DNA from: Camelus ferus
Taxonomy: Eukaryota
Length of the DNA stretch: 64,000 bases
NCBI RefSeq assembly: GCF_009834535.1
Contig: NC_045707.1
Span: 55,740,001-55,804,000, forward strand
Direction of reading: 5' to 3'
This document shows positions 25,884 through 39,534 of the stretch, one piece after another. A program made the position numbers and the translations under genes. The notes beneath the pieces are model-generated. The model did not search any database, was not told the origin of the DNA, and saw only the letters and a program-made list of their open reading frames with translations. Position 1 is the first letter of the stretch, and each line of letters starts with the position of its first letter.

Positions 25884-27254
25884 ATCTTATTTTTAGGAGG
25901 AAACTCAGATGTATAGACAAAATTCCAATGAAGGAAATTACACAGACTTCATGCCCTTCCAACATTTGAGACGGTAAGCTCTCCAAAGACAAGCAGTATT
26001 GCTTTAAAACCTATTATAACCCACCTAGAACTCAGCTCACTGAAATATACTGAGTGGTTGGTTGACTATATGAACTAAGTATGTGAATATGACTGAATGC
26101 ATAAATAAATGAATACTTGTAGCATAGATCTGATAAAGTACTCCTGAAAATGATTCTTACTGCTTCATTTTTATTGTAAATTCTTTTGTACTTAGAACTT
26201 CATATCATGTGCATGTATTACTTACCCAAAAACGAAATAAACTTTAAATAACTAAAAATATTAGTGATTATCCTATTTTTATAATACAAAATAGAATTCA
26301 GATGTGTTTTGATCATTCATATGCCATAAAGCACTGTAAGACTTAACAACAATTTGGAGATATATTTCACTGCAGATCAACAAAATTTTATTAGACATCT
26401 ATTATATGATGGACTGTTATATACTAAGAACTCTAGAGATGCAGTGGGTATTCAAAGGACTATGAATATTCCAGGAAATGAGAATACCACACAAAAAAGA
26501 GACAGTGTTGTATTAACAGAGCCTAAGCAGCATGCTGTATTATCTACTATGGAAAATACTTTATTATAAAATTTGAACTATCCATAGCCATATTTTTTTA
26601 AAATTTCATTTGTATCACTCATAAGTTTTTATTAATCTCAAATAGCTATATGAATAAAAGATACTTTATTATTTTTATATCTCCTTTCTCTTTACCAATT
26701 ACTGATAAACATAAGATTTATCATCATGATGTGATATGTAGATTTTATGTAAAAATAAATAAGATCACAATGTAATAGGCAGGACCAAAACGTAACTAAG
26801 TTATTTCACACAAAAATTGATGGCAATTTACCAGCACATTATTGCTGAGGCTTTTATGAGTGAGAAATTAATCAGAAGGAATAACATTATTATTGTTTAT
26901 GTTGTTAGGAGTACAAGAGTAAAAGTTGCATGGTGTGAAACATTGCTGGGCATTCATTAAGCACGTTACTAATTAAAGCTCTTCCACAACTTGCTGTATG
27001 AATAAGTAGCTAAACAGAATTGGACTTCATTCAATTAAGAATTTCTTTTTATGGTTCTTCACAGATGCATTGTTTTAAAGAATGAAGAAAGTGATAAGTT
27101 ACCGATTGCAAGTTATTATTTTAATCATGCCAATCTTTGCACAATTGGTAACTGTTAAGACACGTCACTGATAAATGACTTTGGTCTCCATTTCCTCAAT
27201 ATTTCAGTATTATTGCAAAACAGGAGGTCATAATAATTGGACTGATTTTTTTTT

Positions 27255-28080
27255 CAAGTAATATTTATTGAGCTATACAATAAGGACTAGGCTAGATGCT
27301 AAGTGAATAAAACTTACAAATTTCTTGCCCGAATAGGGATGTCATTCCAGTGGGCAAGTTAAACATTAAATAAAGGAATAAAAATATAATCAAATTAAGT
27401 GTTGTTTTAAGTACTATGAAAAATAAGAGTGGGTGGCAATGAAGCAGAAGTGCAATCTATTTAGCTGGTAAGAGAAGTCCTCTCCCAGATGAGGATCTCT
27501 GAATGGAAACCTAGAGCATGAAAACTTGATACAGGATGGCTGAGCTTTATGACCAGGAGGTAAAGGGCCAGGGTGAGACTGGAGATGTAGGGAGAGGCAG
27601 ATCATGCCAATTCCTAGATTTCGCTGGAGATACAACAGGAAGTCAATGGAGGGGTGACGTGACTGAATCCATATTTTTAATATGTGGCTGCTTTGGGGAG
27701 TAATTTGGAATGAGACAAGAATGGAAGTCGGGAGAGCAGTAAGGAGGCTCTTACGACGGTCCTGACAAAGTATGATGGTGGCTTGGACTAGAGTGGTAGC
27801 CATGGAAATTGAAAGCTTTGAACATGTTTTGATCTGGGTTTGCTGATGGATTAGATGCAAAGAAAATGAAGAAGAGGCAGTACCATCAGGCAAGATGCCT
27901 ACATTTCTACTTGAGCAACAGTTGAATGGTGGTGTCACTTACAAAAATTAGGAGTAGGTTTTGAGCGTACAGAGTGGGATCAGTTGTTCAACCTGAGATG
28001 TGTAAAGTCTGAAGTGCCGTAAGCCAGGCAAGGGAGGTTAGATACACTAAGCGGAGAAGATTGAGATGTAGACATTATCG
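27255..28080 (-). mobile_element. L2 fragment
   Basis: caagtaatatttattgagc ... gatggtggcttggactagagtggtagc ... tttgctgatggattagatg ... ttgagcaacagttgaatgg. Confidence 0.8.
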
Positions 28081-29559
28081 CAGGATCATTTATCATATTT
28101 ATTCCAATAATCTACTGACGTATCTGCCTACCTTGATACAGTGTGAACCACCTGAGGACTTGTACATTTCCAGCTCATCACTGTTCCCCAAATTTCTGAT
28201 GCTCACTACTGAGTAAAAGAATGTATGAATGAATAAAAGAATGTATGAATGAATGAATACTATGAACTTAATCTCCAAACTGGAACATGTACATTTTTAA
28301 TTGTACCATATAAGAATTAATAACATTAACAATGTTTAGCCTTTTTTTTTCATGCTGCCAAACAGCTGTGTCAACTCCTAAAATTAAGATTAAGATCTGG
28401 AAAATATGTTAAGAATCACCTAATAAAACTCCTCTTTTCACAGGTCAAGAAACTGGAGCTCGGACGAAGAGTTACTCAAGACTATATTTGTTATTTGTTG
28501 GTGTCAGAGTTAGAAGTAGACCCCAAGTGTTCTTACTCCATAACTGGTGATCATTTCAGTATTCTGCAGCTTTCTGAGCAAAATCATGTAAAAATGGTTC
28601 AACCCATTGGCATGGCACAGATATAACTAAAAGTTTCACACAAGATCACAAACACTGTTTAAATTATAGACTTGCTTATGAAATAGATTCTCCTCAAAAG
28701 TAACAAAATGTGGAATACTAACACACCACTTTTTAATTTACTCGCTCAAAGAACTTCATAAATTAAAGAGAAAAACACCCACATACACATTAAATGACTA
28801 AATGTTCTTCAGTTTCCAAGGAATTCTCTCACTGGGCCTTACAGCAGAGACATTTATGATGGAAGATGAAGTCACTTTTGAAAAGAAAACATTGGTTCTT
28901 TTGACTATATGGAAAAGCAAATGTGTCTCAATATGTTGCTGACTCAAACGGACCACAGGAACCATATGAGAATACTCCACCATGTTCCCAGACTTCTGAA
29001 TACCTATGACATTTTCCCATGTTAAGACTATGTCTAAATGACAACAACAGTAAAAATTTGTACAACATAAACATGGCCACACTGAAGAGGACACCACAGG
29101 TCCTGTATTTCCAGCACAGAGCTGGCGAAACCCGCATCACAGACTATATAAATTGTTCATGAAAAACGGAACTCTTTAGTCTCTCATTGTCATTTATAGA
29201 GAGCTTTAAAACACCCGATTCTTCCTTCAGGACTTAAGAACACAACAAATTTGGAAGTCCATGAATACTTATGACACACCGAGAAATAGCTAAGCCTTAG
29301 AACACTGTCACCGTATAGGGTTCTTTCAACTCTGTTAGATCTAGTTTAAGAAAACAACACTGGCTCCCCAAAACTGACATACGCTTTCTAATGACTGCAA
29401 ATTCAGGCATGTGTTGGCACATCTGAAAGGGTAGTCTGTCTGTCGGAAGAAATGAGAAGACTCTTGTGAAAGAATTAATCCAAAGGGAATAGAGTGTAGA
29501 CACACAAGTGTGATCCAAAGAGATGAATCGAAAATTTCCAACCTCAACTTGGAACTAAA

Positions 29560-32190
29560 AAGTGACAGAAATTCTATGCTGTTTCCTTATCCCGAATTCA
29601 TTCCACCCCTCCAAACGACGACTCCAAACTCTGCTCTCCTGAAGCCGCTGCGTCCTAGCCCTCTCCCTTTCTCTCCACAGATGGTTTCACCTCCCCTCTG
29701 AGAAGGAATAGAAGCAACCAGGCTGGAAGACCCTCAGTTTACTACCAGAATCAGTAAACTTACTGACAACCCCAGCCACTCTTTTTAATGCTTTGCTGCT
29801 ATTCAGGAGAAATGACATCCTTCTTCCTAGTCATTTATAAATGACTTCAACAATAAATCACTGTAGAAGGCTTTGAATTCCACCTTCTTTGGGGAAACTC
29901 ACTCGCTGGTTATCTTCTCTTTTTCCTATATCTGTGGTCTCTCCCTTGTTACTGAACCTTTCCCCACAATTTAAACATATTCAGACTTTCCTCATCTTAA
30001 AGACATAAACATACAAAAACAAAAGTTATTCCTTTCACCAGAGCTTTCGAGTCCCCAGTTCTTACCTATGGTAGCCCTTTCCTTCTCAGACAAATGACCC
30101 TAACAAGATGTCTCTACCTCTTTCTTAGCTCCATTTCTACTCCTCCACTTACTTTCCAACCCACTCCAGATGGCTTTCAACCCAACGATTCTTCTGAATA
30201 TATTCACTTTTATATTAACCTCTACAGAGCAAAATGCAACAGATATTTTCATCCCTTCTCTGGCTTAGAGTAGCATCAGCATTCAAAACTGATAGATGCC
30301 CCCTTTTTCTAAAAATAATTTGCTTCCTTGGTTCCCTGACTCCATATTCTCCTTCCACCTCTTCTACCCCCGTATTTCTATGGCCTCTTCCTCTCAGCCT
30401 CAGTAGACAGTGTGACATCCCTCAGGGTTCAGTCCTCGGCCATCTTTTCTCCTCCTGTGTACTCTATCTAATCAACTCCATCTACTCTTACAAATTTGAT
30501 GACCTCCCACACAGTATATGCTGGTGATCTTCAAACTTTGTCTCCATCTTGGAATTCTCTATTGACCGTCAGACGTATTTTCCATATATCCCTGACTTCT
30601 GTAGTTGGGGAAAGCAACTCAAATTCATTTTTCAAAAACTGGATTTATTACCTCCACCCATTCCCAGAGCTGTCAACACAATCCTCGTTCTCCTCCATCA
30701 GTAAAGAGGAGCACCTGTGACCAAGTTACTCACGCCAGGAACTTGAGAGTCACTTGACTCCCTTCTCCTCTTCACACCCTCATAGCCAAACACATAACCC
30801 AACACTGCTACCTTCTAAATAGCTCTAGAATCTGTCTACGTTTCTCCCCAAAGTTCCAATAACTGCTCAACTGCACTACTGTAATAGCTTCATCATGATC
30901 TACCCGTGTGATTGCATTCTCAAAGTGTAGCCAGACTGAGCTTTAAAAACAGTCTCTACTGTACACCTCCCTGCTTAAAAGCCTTTAGTGATTTTTACAT
31001 TTTTACTACAGAAATTTGCTTCCATAAATAATAGATAATGTTTATTGATGTATTTAAATGTTTTATACATGAATGATATCCTTGATATTCCTCTGGAATT
31101 AGCCTTTTTAACTAAACATTTTATTTTTTATTATCCTCAAAAATTCACAAGCTCCAAGGCACTTTTTTTTTTCAACTGATGAATAGGGTTCCATTCTATG
31201 ACTAAACCATGGTTTCTTTATTCATCTCTCTACTGAGGGCTATTATGTTAGTCCTACTTTTTCATTGCAACAAACAATGCTGCGATTAAGTTTCTTGAAA
31301 ACGTCTCTTGTGCATATATGTGAGATCTCTTGAAAATGAATACCTTGAAGACAAATGGCAAGGTCCCAGGGGTCACAGTTTCTGAGCTCCACCCATTGCA
31401 TAGGGCTGATAAACTCCAACTTCGGGATAGCAGTTATCTGGGAAGAGAGGAAGGGAGGGAGAGGGCAAAAAGGGATTTTAGCTGAAATGAAACAGTTTAT
31501 TTCTTTAAAACATGTTAGATTCAATGATAACTGTGAGGTGCACAATGTAATATTCCTTTTTACATTATTTTGTACTTTTATAATATTTTGTAATTTAAAG
31601 TATTTTTAATCAAGCTTTCAGTGTTTCTCATTATCTTAGAATAAAATTCAAGCCCTTTACTGTGACGTATATGGTCCCCCTTGATCTGGTTTCTGTTGGT
31701 CTTTCCAGCCTCACTGAAGAAAGCACACCACTCTTACCTGACCTCTTCAAATGGGGTTTGTGCTCTGAGAGGGCAGGGTCTTCTCACACTTTGCCTCTGT
31801 TTGAGGCACCATCGCTTTTCCTCCAGTTTTCCCCACAGCCATTGACTTATTTAATTCCTTCTGTGCTCTCAGATCTCAGCCTAGATGTTACTTGAGGAAT
31901 CCTTCCCTGACCTCTAAGGTTATTTAATTTTCCTCATTAGACCTTTCCATAGCACTCTTTACTTCCCATTTGCAACAACCCTTACATGTGTCATTATTTC
32001 TTCCATATCTATCTTTAAACCATAATTGATTGATTTACTTGTTTGCATCTATCACCTCCATTAGACTCTAAGCCCCCTTAGCTCAGAAATTGTCTGTCTT
32101 GTCCAAAAAAATCTATTTCCAGCACCCAACCTGATGCCTAGCACACACGTGTTCAATCAGTAGTCTCTGGAGAATGAAGCTGTTGGAGGA
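29560..32190 (+). mobile_element. Long decayed L2, interrupted by L1ME fragments at ~31020-31610
   Basis: L2 RT-region motifs (cctcagggttcagtcctcggccatcttttctcc; atatgctggtgatcttcaa) and an L2 3' end near 32060-32180. Confidence 0.75.
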
Positions 32191-35100
32191 ACATTTGTGA
32201 ACAGTGCTAGGCAGGGTATGTTGGACCTGCCAGATCAGCCCCCAACCCACAACCAAACTACAGAGATCTAAGGCAAGAAGCATGAAACTTAATAATAAAA
32301 GGAGAATCACATTGTCAAACATCCGTAAGACACTGAGAGCATAAGCAACAAGACCTTGTGGCCCATAGAAGGCTCAAGTTGATGTTAAGTCAACTTTCCG
32401 CTTAGGGTGTGACGGGTGGGGCAGGATAGAACAAGAATGGGCCACACAATGAGCCGCAAGCAAGCCGAGCCAGATCTGGAATCAAACACTAGACTTCTGA
32501 CGGACAGGAGACATCACTGGGCTAATGGGAGAAGTGACCCAGTGGCAGGATACCATGGCTGAGTCAGGAGTCCCACAGGTATAAGCCCTTGGGAGGAGGT
32601 CCCACTTACCACAGAGTGGGTCGGGGCAGAATGGTAGAAACAAAGAACTGTTACTCTTATTGCTGCCCTATTGTGCAAACATTTGAGTATTTTGTCACTG
32701 GATCACAAAACGAAGACTAGGTAAGTGAAACCTTTTCATAATTCTACGTGACATGGCAGAGCTGGAAATCATAGGTATATACCATTAGTTTCATTTAAAA
32801 CACAGAAATAAATGCTTTGTCAGATCTTTAAATAAGGGCCAACCTAAGGCAAAGAGAGTTCAAGTTTGCAAACAATCCATGGCTTTCAATAGAAACATCT
32901 GCTTTTAGCATTGTTCATACCTTATCAGTTGCTGTCAATTACCTACATCCTAAGAAAATACTTATTTATGTCACATATATGCACAGAGTGGAATAAAACA
33001 CCTAGAAGTATCTTTCCCTTCAACAAATTATTTTTTCTAAATGGGCTATTTTGACTCCCTGGTCCTAAATCCCTGAATTGACTAAGTTCCCATATTTTAG
33101 CTGGCTGTTTTATTCTGTTAATTATTTCACTGCCAGAATATCATTTCTGTATATAAACCCAGCAGAGATCATGAAAACATACGCAGTCTGAAGAAGCAGC
33201 TCTTTAAATCCACCAACTTCCTCGCTTCTCTTGCTCTTATCCTGGTGCTGTTATAAAACATATTACTTTCCTGACCTCCTGAGACATTTCTTGGGGCCAG
33301 TATACTAGACCCCATAATTCACTCAAAAGCTAAAGTTATTGTCAAGGCAGCAGTTATATTCCCAAGAGTTGTGATAAATAATTCATCCAATGCATTCATT
33401 TCCAGAAGATCCACTAAGCTATGAACTTGGTTCATCTTCAAGAAAGTGCAAATACTGCCTCAAAATTGAAGAGCTGCTTCAGTGTGGACAAAATACCGGG
33501 AAAGCTGGGGTAGAAAGACACATTTTAGTACATAAACATTGAAGAAGACTGTAAATTGCTTGCAAATGTATTGCTGTCTTCCAGAGGCATTTGCAACCAC
33601 AGGGTGGGAGAGGCAAGGGGAGAATCCTCAGACTCTACAGGCAGTTCCCAGCAGTGCCCTAGGGAAGAAGCAAAAACCCCACACGGCTGTGACCTCTAGA
33701 GAGACGAGGGAGGTCCAGAATCAGCTTTTCACCCATTTCCTCCTCTTCAGTTGATATGCATTCACGTTTCTCCAGATGGCCTCGCTGAAAGTGAAAATTA
33801 ACAATCCTCGACGCCTGCCGTTTACACAAGCAGGAACTGTATTCAGTTTAACCCTTGTCATGTGAGGCATAGTGTGTCATTCAGCAAAAGTAATGGTCAT
33901 TTGTGTGCCCCTACCATTTGGAAGGAAAAGAATTTCCAAGGCATTTTATTTTCTGTGAACTTGGAGCTACATGTAAATACAATTTTTTTTCCTCTTTTTT
34001 GATGAGATTCCCTATTATTGAGTAATATTTTTTTAATGTGATCCTGTGCTATGAAAATAGGTTCCCTGGTTGAAGAGCAGACATAGGCAACATTCCAGGG
34101 CAGGCAAGTCCAAAAAACATATTATTACTATTATAATTTTATTTAAGTAATGCTAGTTTGAGGCCACTAGTTTCATGGAAAATGTGTGTGGACCTGCACA
34201 CGTATAGAAACACTGCCAGAAAATTGCAGAAACATTGACCATCCATTCAAGGACCAAAGAGGAAAGCTGCTGGACTCATTAATAACACATCTCTCAGGGT
34301 TCCCGCTACTTACCAGACCAACCATTTTAATTTTCTTACATTTCTCAGAAGCTAGGCTGAAGATTTTCTCACTTGCACAGAGGGAGGGACAATAAACAAG
34401 TAAGAAACAAAATCTATGTTACTACCAGGAAGAAGACAAACCAGGGATCTGAGGAGACGTGGTAAAAGGAAAATCTGGAAAGTTGGTAGTTTGATAGAAT
34501 TTGACCATTTTTGCTAAAAGGAAGTCAGGATTTAAGGAAACATGAGGTTGCACTTTGACTTTCAGCACCCCTAGAGTTTCAGTACGCTGAAAAATCTGTT
34601 CTCCTAATTTGGATCTTCAAATTAGGAGACTGAAGGAGCCCCCGAGGACTTTGTTTTATGCATCAAGTTATCATCCCCTTTTGTATCAGGTCTGTTGTAA
34701 ATGTTCATTATAATCACTGCTGCTTCCTTTGGCAGATGGTCGGAACTGAACAGTTCTTCTCAGAGGAATTAAATATGGTTATGTCATCTCCCAAGCTGAC
34801 TTAAAAGAAGTAATCTGAGATCAAGCAATGTTTCAGCCTCACTATTAGTTCAGAACCATCACCATAGGTGTTTTCTTTCCTCCATTTCTATAATTTTGAT
34901 TATCTGTGATGAATGTGCATGGACCTCCATTTTTTTTTTTTTTTTTGGCTTGATGTTCTTCAATAAAGAAATAAAGATGAATAAATCATTGTACCCTCAT
35001 CCCATATTTTGCTACATGCTTCCTCAGGAGCCCCCATAGGGATTTTCCTATTATATTTGCACAGCACTGTTTCTCATCTGTTGTCAGCAAACCCAAGGTG

Positions 35101-35889
35101 GATAGAAATTATTTCTTACGCCAAACTGCTGGTACGTGTAAATTCCACTTCCCATGAATACCTTGCACTGCTCTCAGGATATCGGTGGTCAAATATAATT
35201 AGCACGAAACAGAGAGACTTCATCTAAAAAAATTCTCAGAATCTTCTACCTACTCAGAGTGTCATCTGTTTTTTGTTCAACGGATCTTCAATTGGCCAAG
35301 GGCTGTTTTAAGCAGGATGATTTATTTTCAAAGACAAGAATCTGAAAAGGGAGAGATTGTAGCTCCCGATCTGTCTCTAAGTAACAAGGTCCTTCTCCCC
35401 ACCCCGGGGTCTCTTTCGAAAAGGCAATATTTCTAATCCAAGATTTCGCCATTCATAAAGGCTTATTCTTATGTGTTATTCAACCTTTCTGAACTTCCAA
35501 TGTCTATGGTCTCTCAGCCTCCAACTCTTCCTGTTGGTTTTCACCTCAGACACCACAGGAAACAAAGGTGCGGGCTGGTATTTAAGGGTATGCATAGATG
35601 GCTGATACAGTCAGGGGAGCTCTTTACTATGCCTTGTGTTTTGTGTATAGAAGCTTTCTTCTGAGGAAGTAAAGGATCTTAATTTCAGATAGGAAGTCGG
35701 CTTTGCAATTCCCCTGTGAAACCAGCAGATTATACTAAAACAGACAGACATCTTCTAGCAAATGTTGGGACTGTAATAGAAAAGTAGTCAGGAGACCTGG
35801 GTTTGTGTTCGTGTCTGCCACCTGCTAGCGCTTTAGATTTCACATTTCTCTGTTTTAGTATCTTCTTCCTAACCACAAATTATGAAGAG

Positions 35890-36070
35890 GAATATAATAA
35901 TGGGTATATATAATAATGTGTATCAATAATGGACACACATTATTATATATATTTTTATATCTTTTAATATATACCTATATATGTTACATATTAAATTATG
36001 CATATATACAAAGTAATGTATATATAAATAACATACATAAAATAATATGTATACATTCCATATATATGGA
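35890..36070. repeat. AT-rich low-complexity (TA)n-like tract
   Basis: Runs of tatata / taata with very few G or C. Confidence 0.7.
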
Positions 36071-36635
36071 AGCTCTCTATGAATGATAAAAATCATGTTT
36101 GTATATAAGGTATTTTTAACATTATCATCACCAGGAACCTCTCCTCACTCTGCAGATAAGTTGCAAGAAAGGAGTGGTAAGATGCCGTCCACGGGCATCC
36201 TTGTGCCCTGCCTCAGGCTGTTTTCACGACCGCTGCTTCCTTCTCGGCAACCCCTGAAGGAGATAAAGGAACAGATGTACCCTCTGCCCTGTGCTTGGTC
36301 AGCTCCATGCTTTGTATCCCAATCATGAAGATGGCAGCTACTGTGCTGGTGATAAATAGCAGTCCAGCCTGGCTGGAATAGGTTTGCAGCTGGCTTCCCG
36401 AGAGAAACCGTCTCCCTGCCTGGCAGAGAGGAAACAGCGTACGTTTTATAGTCGGGGACAAACTCATTTTCTAATGATGGCTTATCTGCTTACCTATCAC
36501 CGGTGGAATCCCAGGCAGTTACCCAATCCTTGTAATTCTTGTAATCTTGGTTCCCTCCTCCTAAATTAGAAAGAACCGGACTCCCCTTTCAGGAAGACTG
36601 TAAAGGTTAAGTGAGAAATCAGAAGGAAGCTTCTG

Positions 36636-38464
36636 GAGAGACGGGCCAAGATGGCGGAGTAGGAGGGCGCTCGTGGCTCACCCTCCCCTACGAGTACACC
36701 GAAGGGCCATACACGGACCCACCCGTTTGCTCAGAACACCTGCTGAACTTTGACAGAACACTGCCTTCTTCAAAAGACAAACTACACCACCAGTCTGGTA
36801 AGACAAAAGGAAAAAAGAAGGAAGAACAAGGAAAATAGTGCGGGACCAGTGCCGCGGGGAGGCAGCGGCAAAGGAGGGCAAGCGCTCGGTCGGGGGTCTC
36901 CCCTCTCCAGCTGGAGAGGCCAGCGGGACCGGAGCGGAGCCTGCGAGGCTCGGATCTGTGCGGCAGCAGCCCTTGGCCGACAGAACTAAGTTAAACGGGC
37001 ACAGAGGGTCCCTGCGACACCCAGCCCAAGACGCGAACTGGGCCGGGAGAGAGGGGGTCAGGCTGCCTGAGCCCCCCCATAAAATACAAAAAAAAGCGCA
37101 AAGCAACACTGCTGGCGTGCCCTGGGGGGAAGGGCACCGTAGCCTTTGTCTCCTCAGACCCTCACGCTATTCATGGTGCTTCTCTGGAGAAGAGAGGCGG
37201 AGCGCAGCCACAGCCGCCACATCCTCCCAGGGTCTTCGCAACCTCATAGGCGGGACTGAGATTTGTTTATAGCCCTGCTGCCTCTGTGAACTCTTACCTC
37301 TAAGACAAAGGAACAAGGAGCAGAGCTCTGGCACAGAGCAGCGGCCAGGGCTGGTGCGGCCATTTTCTCCAAGCCCGCCTACGGGCCGCCAGGACACGCG
37401 TTGGGAGGGGGCGGGAACCGCCCGCCTACCTTGCGTGAGAGCGCGGAGCCTAGAAGCGGTGCTGGGAGGAGGCGAGACCCGCCCGCCTACTGGCATTCGG
37501 GGGCGGCACAGACTGCGAGCACGACCTGAGGGCCTCTGGCACCAGTGAGCGGAGTTCCCGCAGCAGGGTGAGGGCAGGAGCGGCGACAACCACGGGACAA
37601 AAAGGAGGCCCCACTCAGTAGCCAGGGCAGGCTCTGGTCACCAGAACACCGGCCACACCCCAAACTAAAAAACAGACAAAAGGCAGGGAAGGAAGACTTG
37701 GCAACCATCCATACTAAAGAAGGACCTCTCAGCAAAATTAAGGGCAGGCACACAGTCTCCATGAGAACACATTCACTTTTTTTTGTTTCCTTTTTTCTTT
37801 CTTTTTAAATGTTTAATTAAAAAAAAAATTTATATTTCTATTTTTAATCCCTTTTATCATTTTCTTTCAAAACATTTTTATGAATTTTTAAAAAATTTGT
37901 CTCGATTTGATTTTTTTAAATTTTATTTATGGAAATAACCTAAATGTCCATCAACAGATGACTAGACAAAGAAGTTGTGGTATACTTATACAATGGAATA
38001 CTACTCAGCCATAAAAATGATAAAATAATGCCACTTGCAGCAACATGGATGGCCCTGGAGAATGTCATTCTAAGTGAAGTAAGCCAGAAAGAGAAAGAAA
38101 AATACCATATGGTATCACTCATATGTGGAATCTAAGGAAAACAAGAAAGGACAAGTGAACTTATATATAAAACAGAAACAGACTCAAGGACATTGAATAT
38201 AGACTTGTGGTTACCAAGGGGAAGGTGGGTGGGAAGGGATAAACTGGGAGTTTGAGATTTGCAGCTACTGACTGGCATATATAAAATAGATAAACAAGTT
38301 TATACTGTATAGCACAGGGAAATATATTCAGTATCTTGTAGTAGCTTATGGTATGAAAGAATATGAAAATGAATATATGTATAATCATGCATGGCTGAGA
38401 AATTTTGCTGTACATCACAGATTGGCACAGCATTTTAAACTGACTAAACCTCAATTTAAAAATA
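36636..38464 (+). mobile_element. Internally deleted, apparently young L1: CpG-rich 5'UTR (36636-~37928) joined to the ORF2 C-terminus and 3'UTR (~37929-38464)
   Basis: Starts gagagacgggcCAAGATGGCGGagtagg (typical L1 5' end with YY1 motif). A T-rich UTR tract at 37775-37928 is followed by atggaaataacctaaatgtccatc. TSD aaggaagcttctg (36623-36635) / aatgaagcttctg (38465-38477). Confidence 0.85.
36640..37600 (+). promoter_or_regulatory. CpG-island-like L1 internal promoter
   Basis: The only extended CpG-dense kilobase in the window. YY1-type CAAGATGGCGG near 36647-36657 and GGCCATTTT near 37358-37366. Confidence 0.65.
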
Positions 38465-39534
38465 AATGAAGCTTCTGCCACAGTTTTGATCACTTAGCAG
38501 GTCCTAAGACATGGTGTATCCTGTCCTTATACCATCCTCAATTCTTCTTTCTATTCTTTAAGTAGCAGACAAGAAGCTGTCAGGATCATTCACTGCAGAC
38601 TCCTTCTCTCTAAACACATACTTCTCAGCCCACCCCCTCAAAACCAGTATCTCCCCTAGAAAAAGTCTTCTGTTTTCCTTCCCACAAACATCAGTGACAT
38701 TCATTAGAAAAGTTATCCTTTTGTCATAATTTTGTGATCCAAAGTAGCTTTCCAATTAATTCTTTATTAGGATTATTACTGTATTCTACAAAACAGAGGA
38801 TGGGAGAAAGCACGAGAGACCTCTTATGTTCTTTTCCTTTACACCATAGTATTTGGGTTTATAAGTTTTTGTCTCAAACTGAGCTTCATTTGAAACCAAG
38901 GCAAAGCTTTCCATCTGCAGCCCATTCTTTTATAAGGATTTGCAAGTTTTTATAGACAAAGTTTTGCTGTCACTTTGCATTTCTTTTACTTGAGTTTCCT
39001 AGTGGTTATGCCAGGAATACAATCAGTTGTGTGATTCAGAGGTAAATTCTTCTAGCAAACACTGATAAAAGAGTAATGGTTATTAAAATTTCATATGATA
39101 GAGTCAATTCAAAGAATCTGAATTTTGAACTATATGAGACCTTGAAGATCACTTGCTTCAATACTTTATTTTTAAACAGCTACCATTATAGAACATTTTC
39201 AAATGTCATGACATGTTCTACTAAATGTACCATGTGTACTGTTTAAATTCCACCTGATCACCATTTAACAGATGAAAAACTGAGGATCTGAAAAGTTGAA
39301 TAAATTTTTCAAGGTCAAGAGGCAGAGAAAGATCTAGAAATTGCTGATTCTTAACTTTGGCTCTTTTTACTAAGCAATGATGTGTTGCTTTATTTATGTA
39401 AGAGGAAACACACATCAAGGGCTCTTAATTGGTTTGAAGAGGGTGACAGAGGTGGAATGAGACATCTCGGCTCCTGAACACCTGATTTAGTCTTCCTTTT
39501 GACCATATTACCCATTAAGATATTATTAGATGGG

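Noticed and set aside
27414..27938. 174-aa minus-strand ORF
   Set aside because: Within an L2 fossil; the decayed RT-tail sequence is open by chance.
28214..28253. 20-bp exact tandem duplication (taaaagaatgtatgaatgaa x2)
   Set aside because: Slippage within an L2 (TGAA)n tail; ordinary.
36611..37762. Cluster of 64-144 aa ORFs on both strands
   Set aside because: Explained by stop-codon scarcity in the GC-rich L1 5'UTR. I cannot support an ORF0-like product without conservation across copies.
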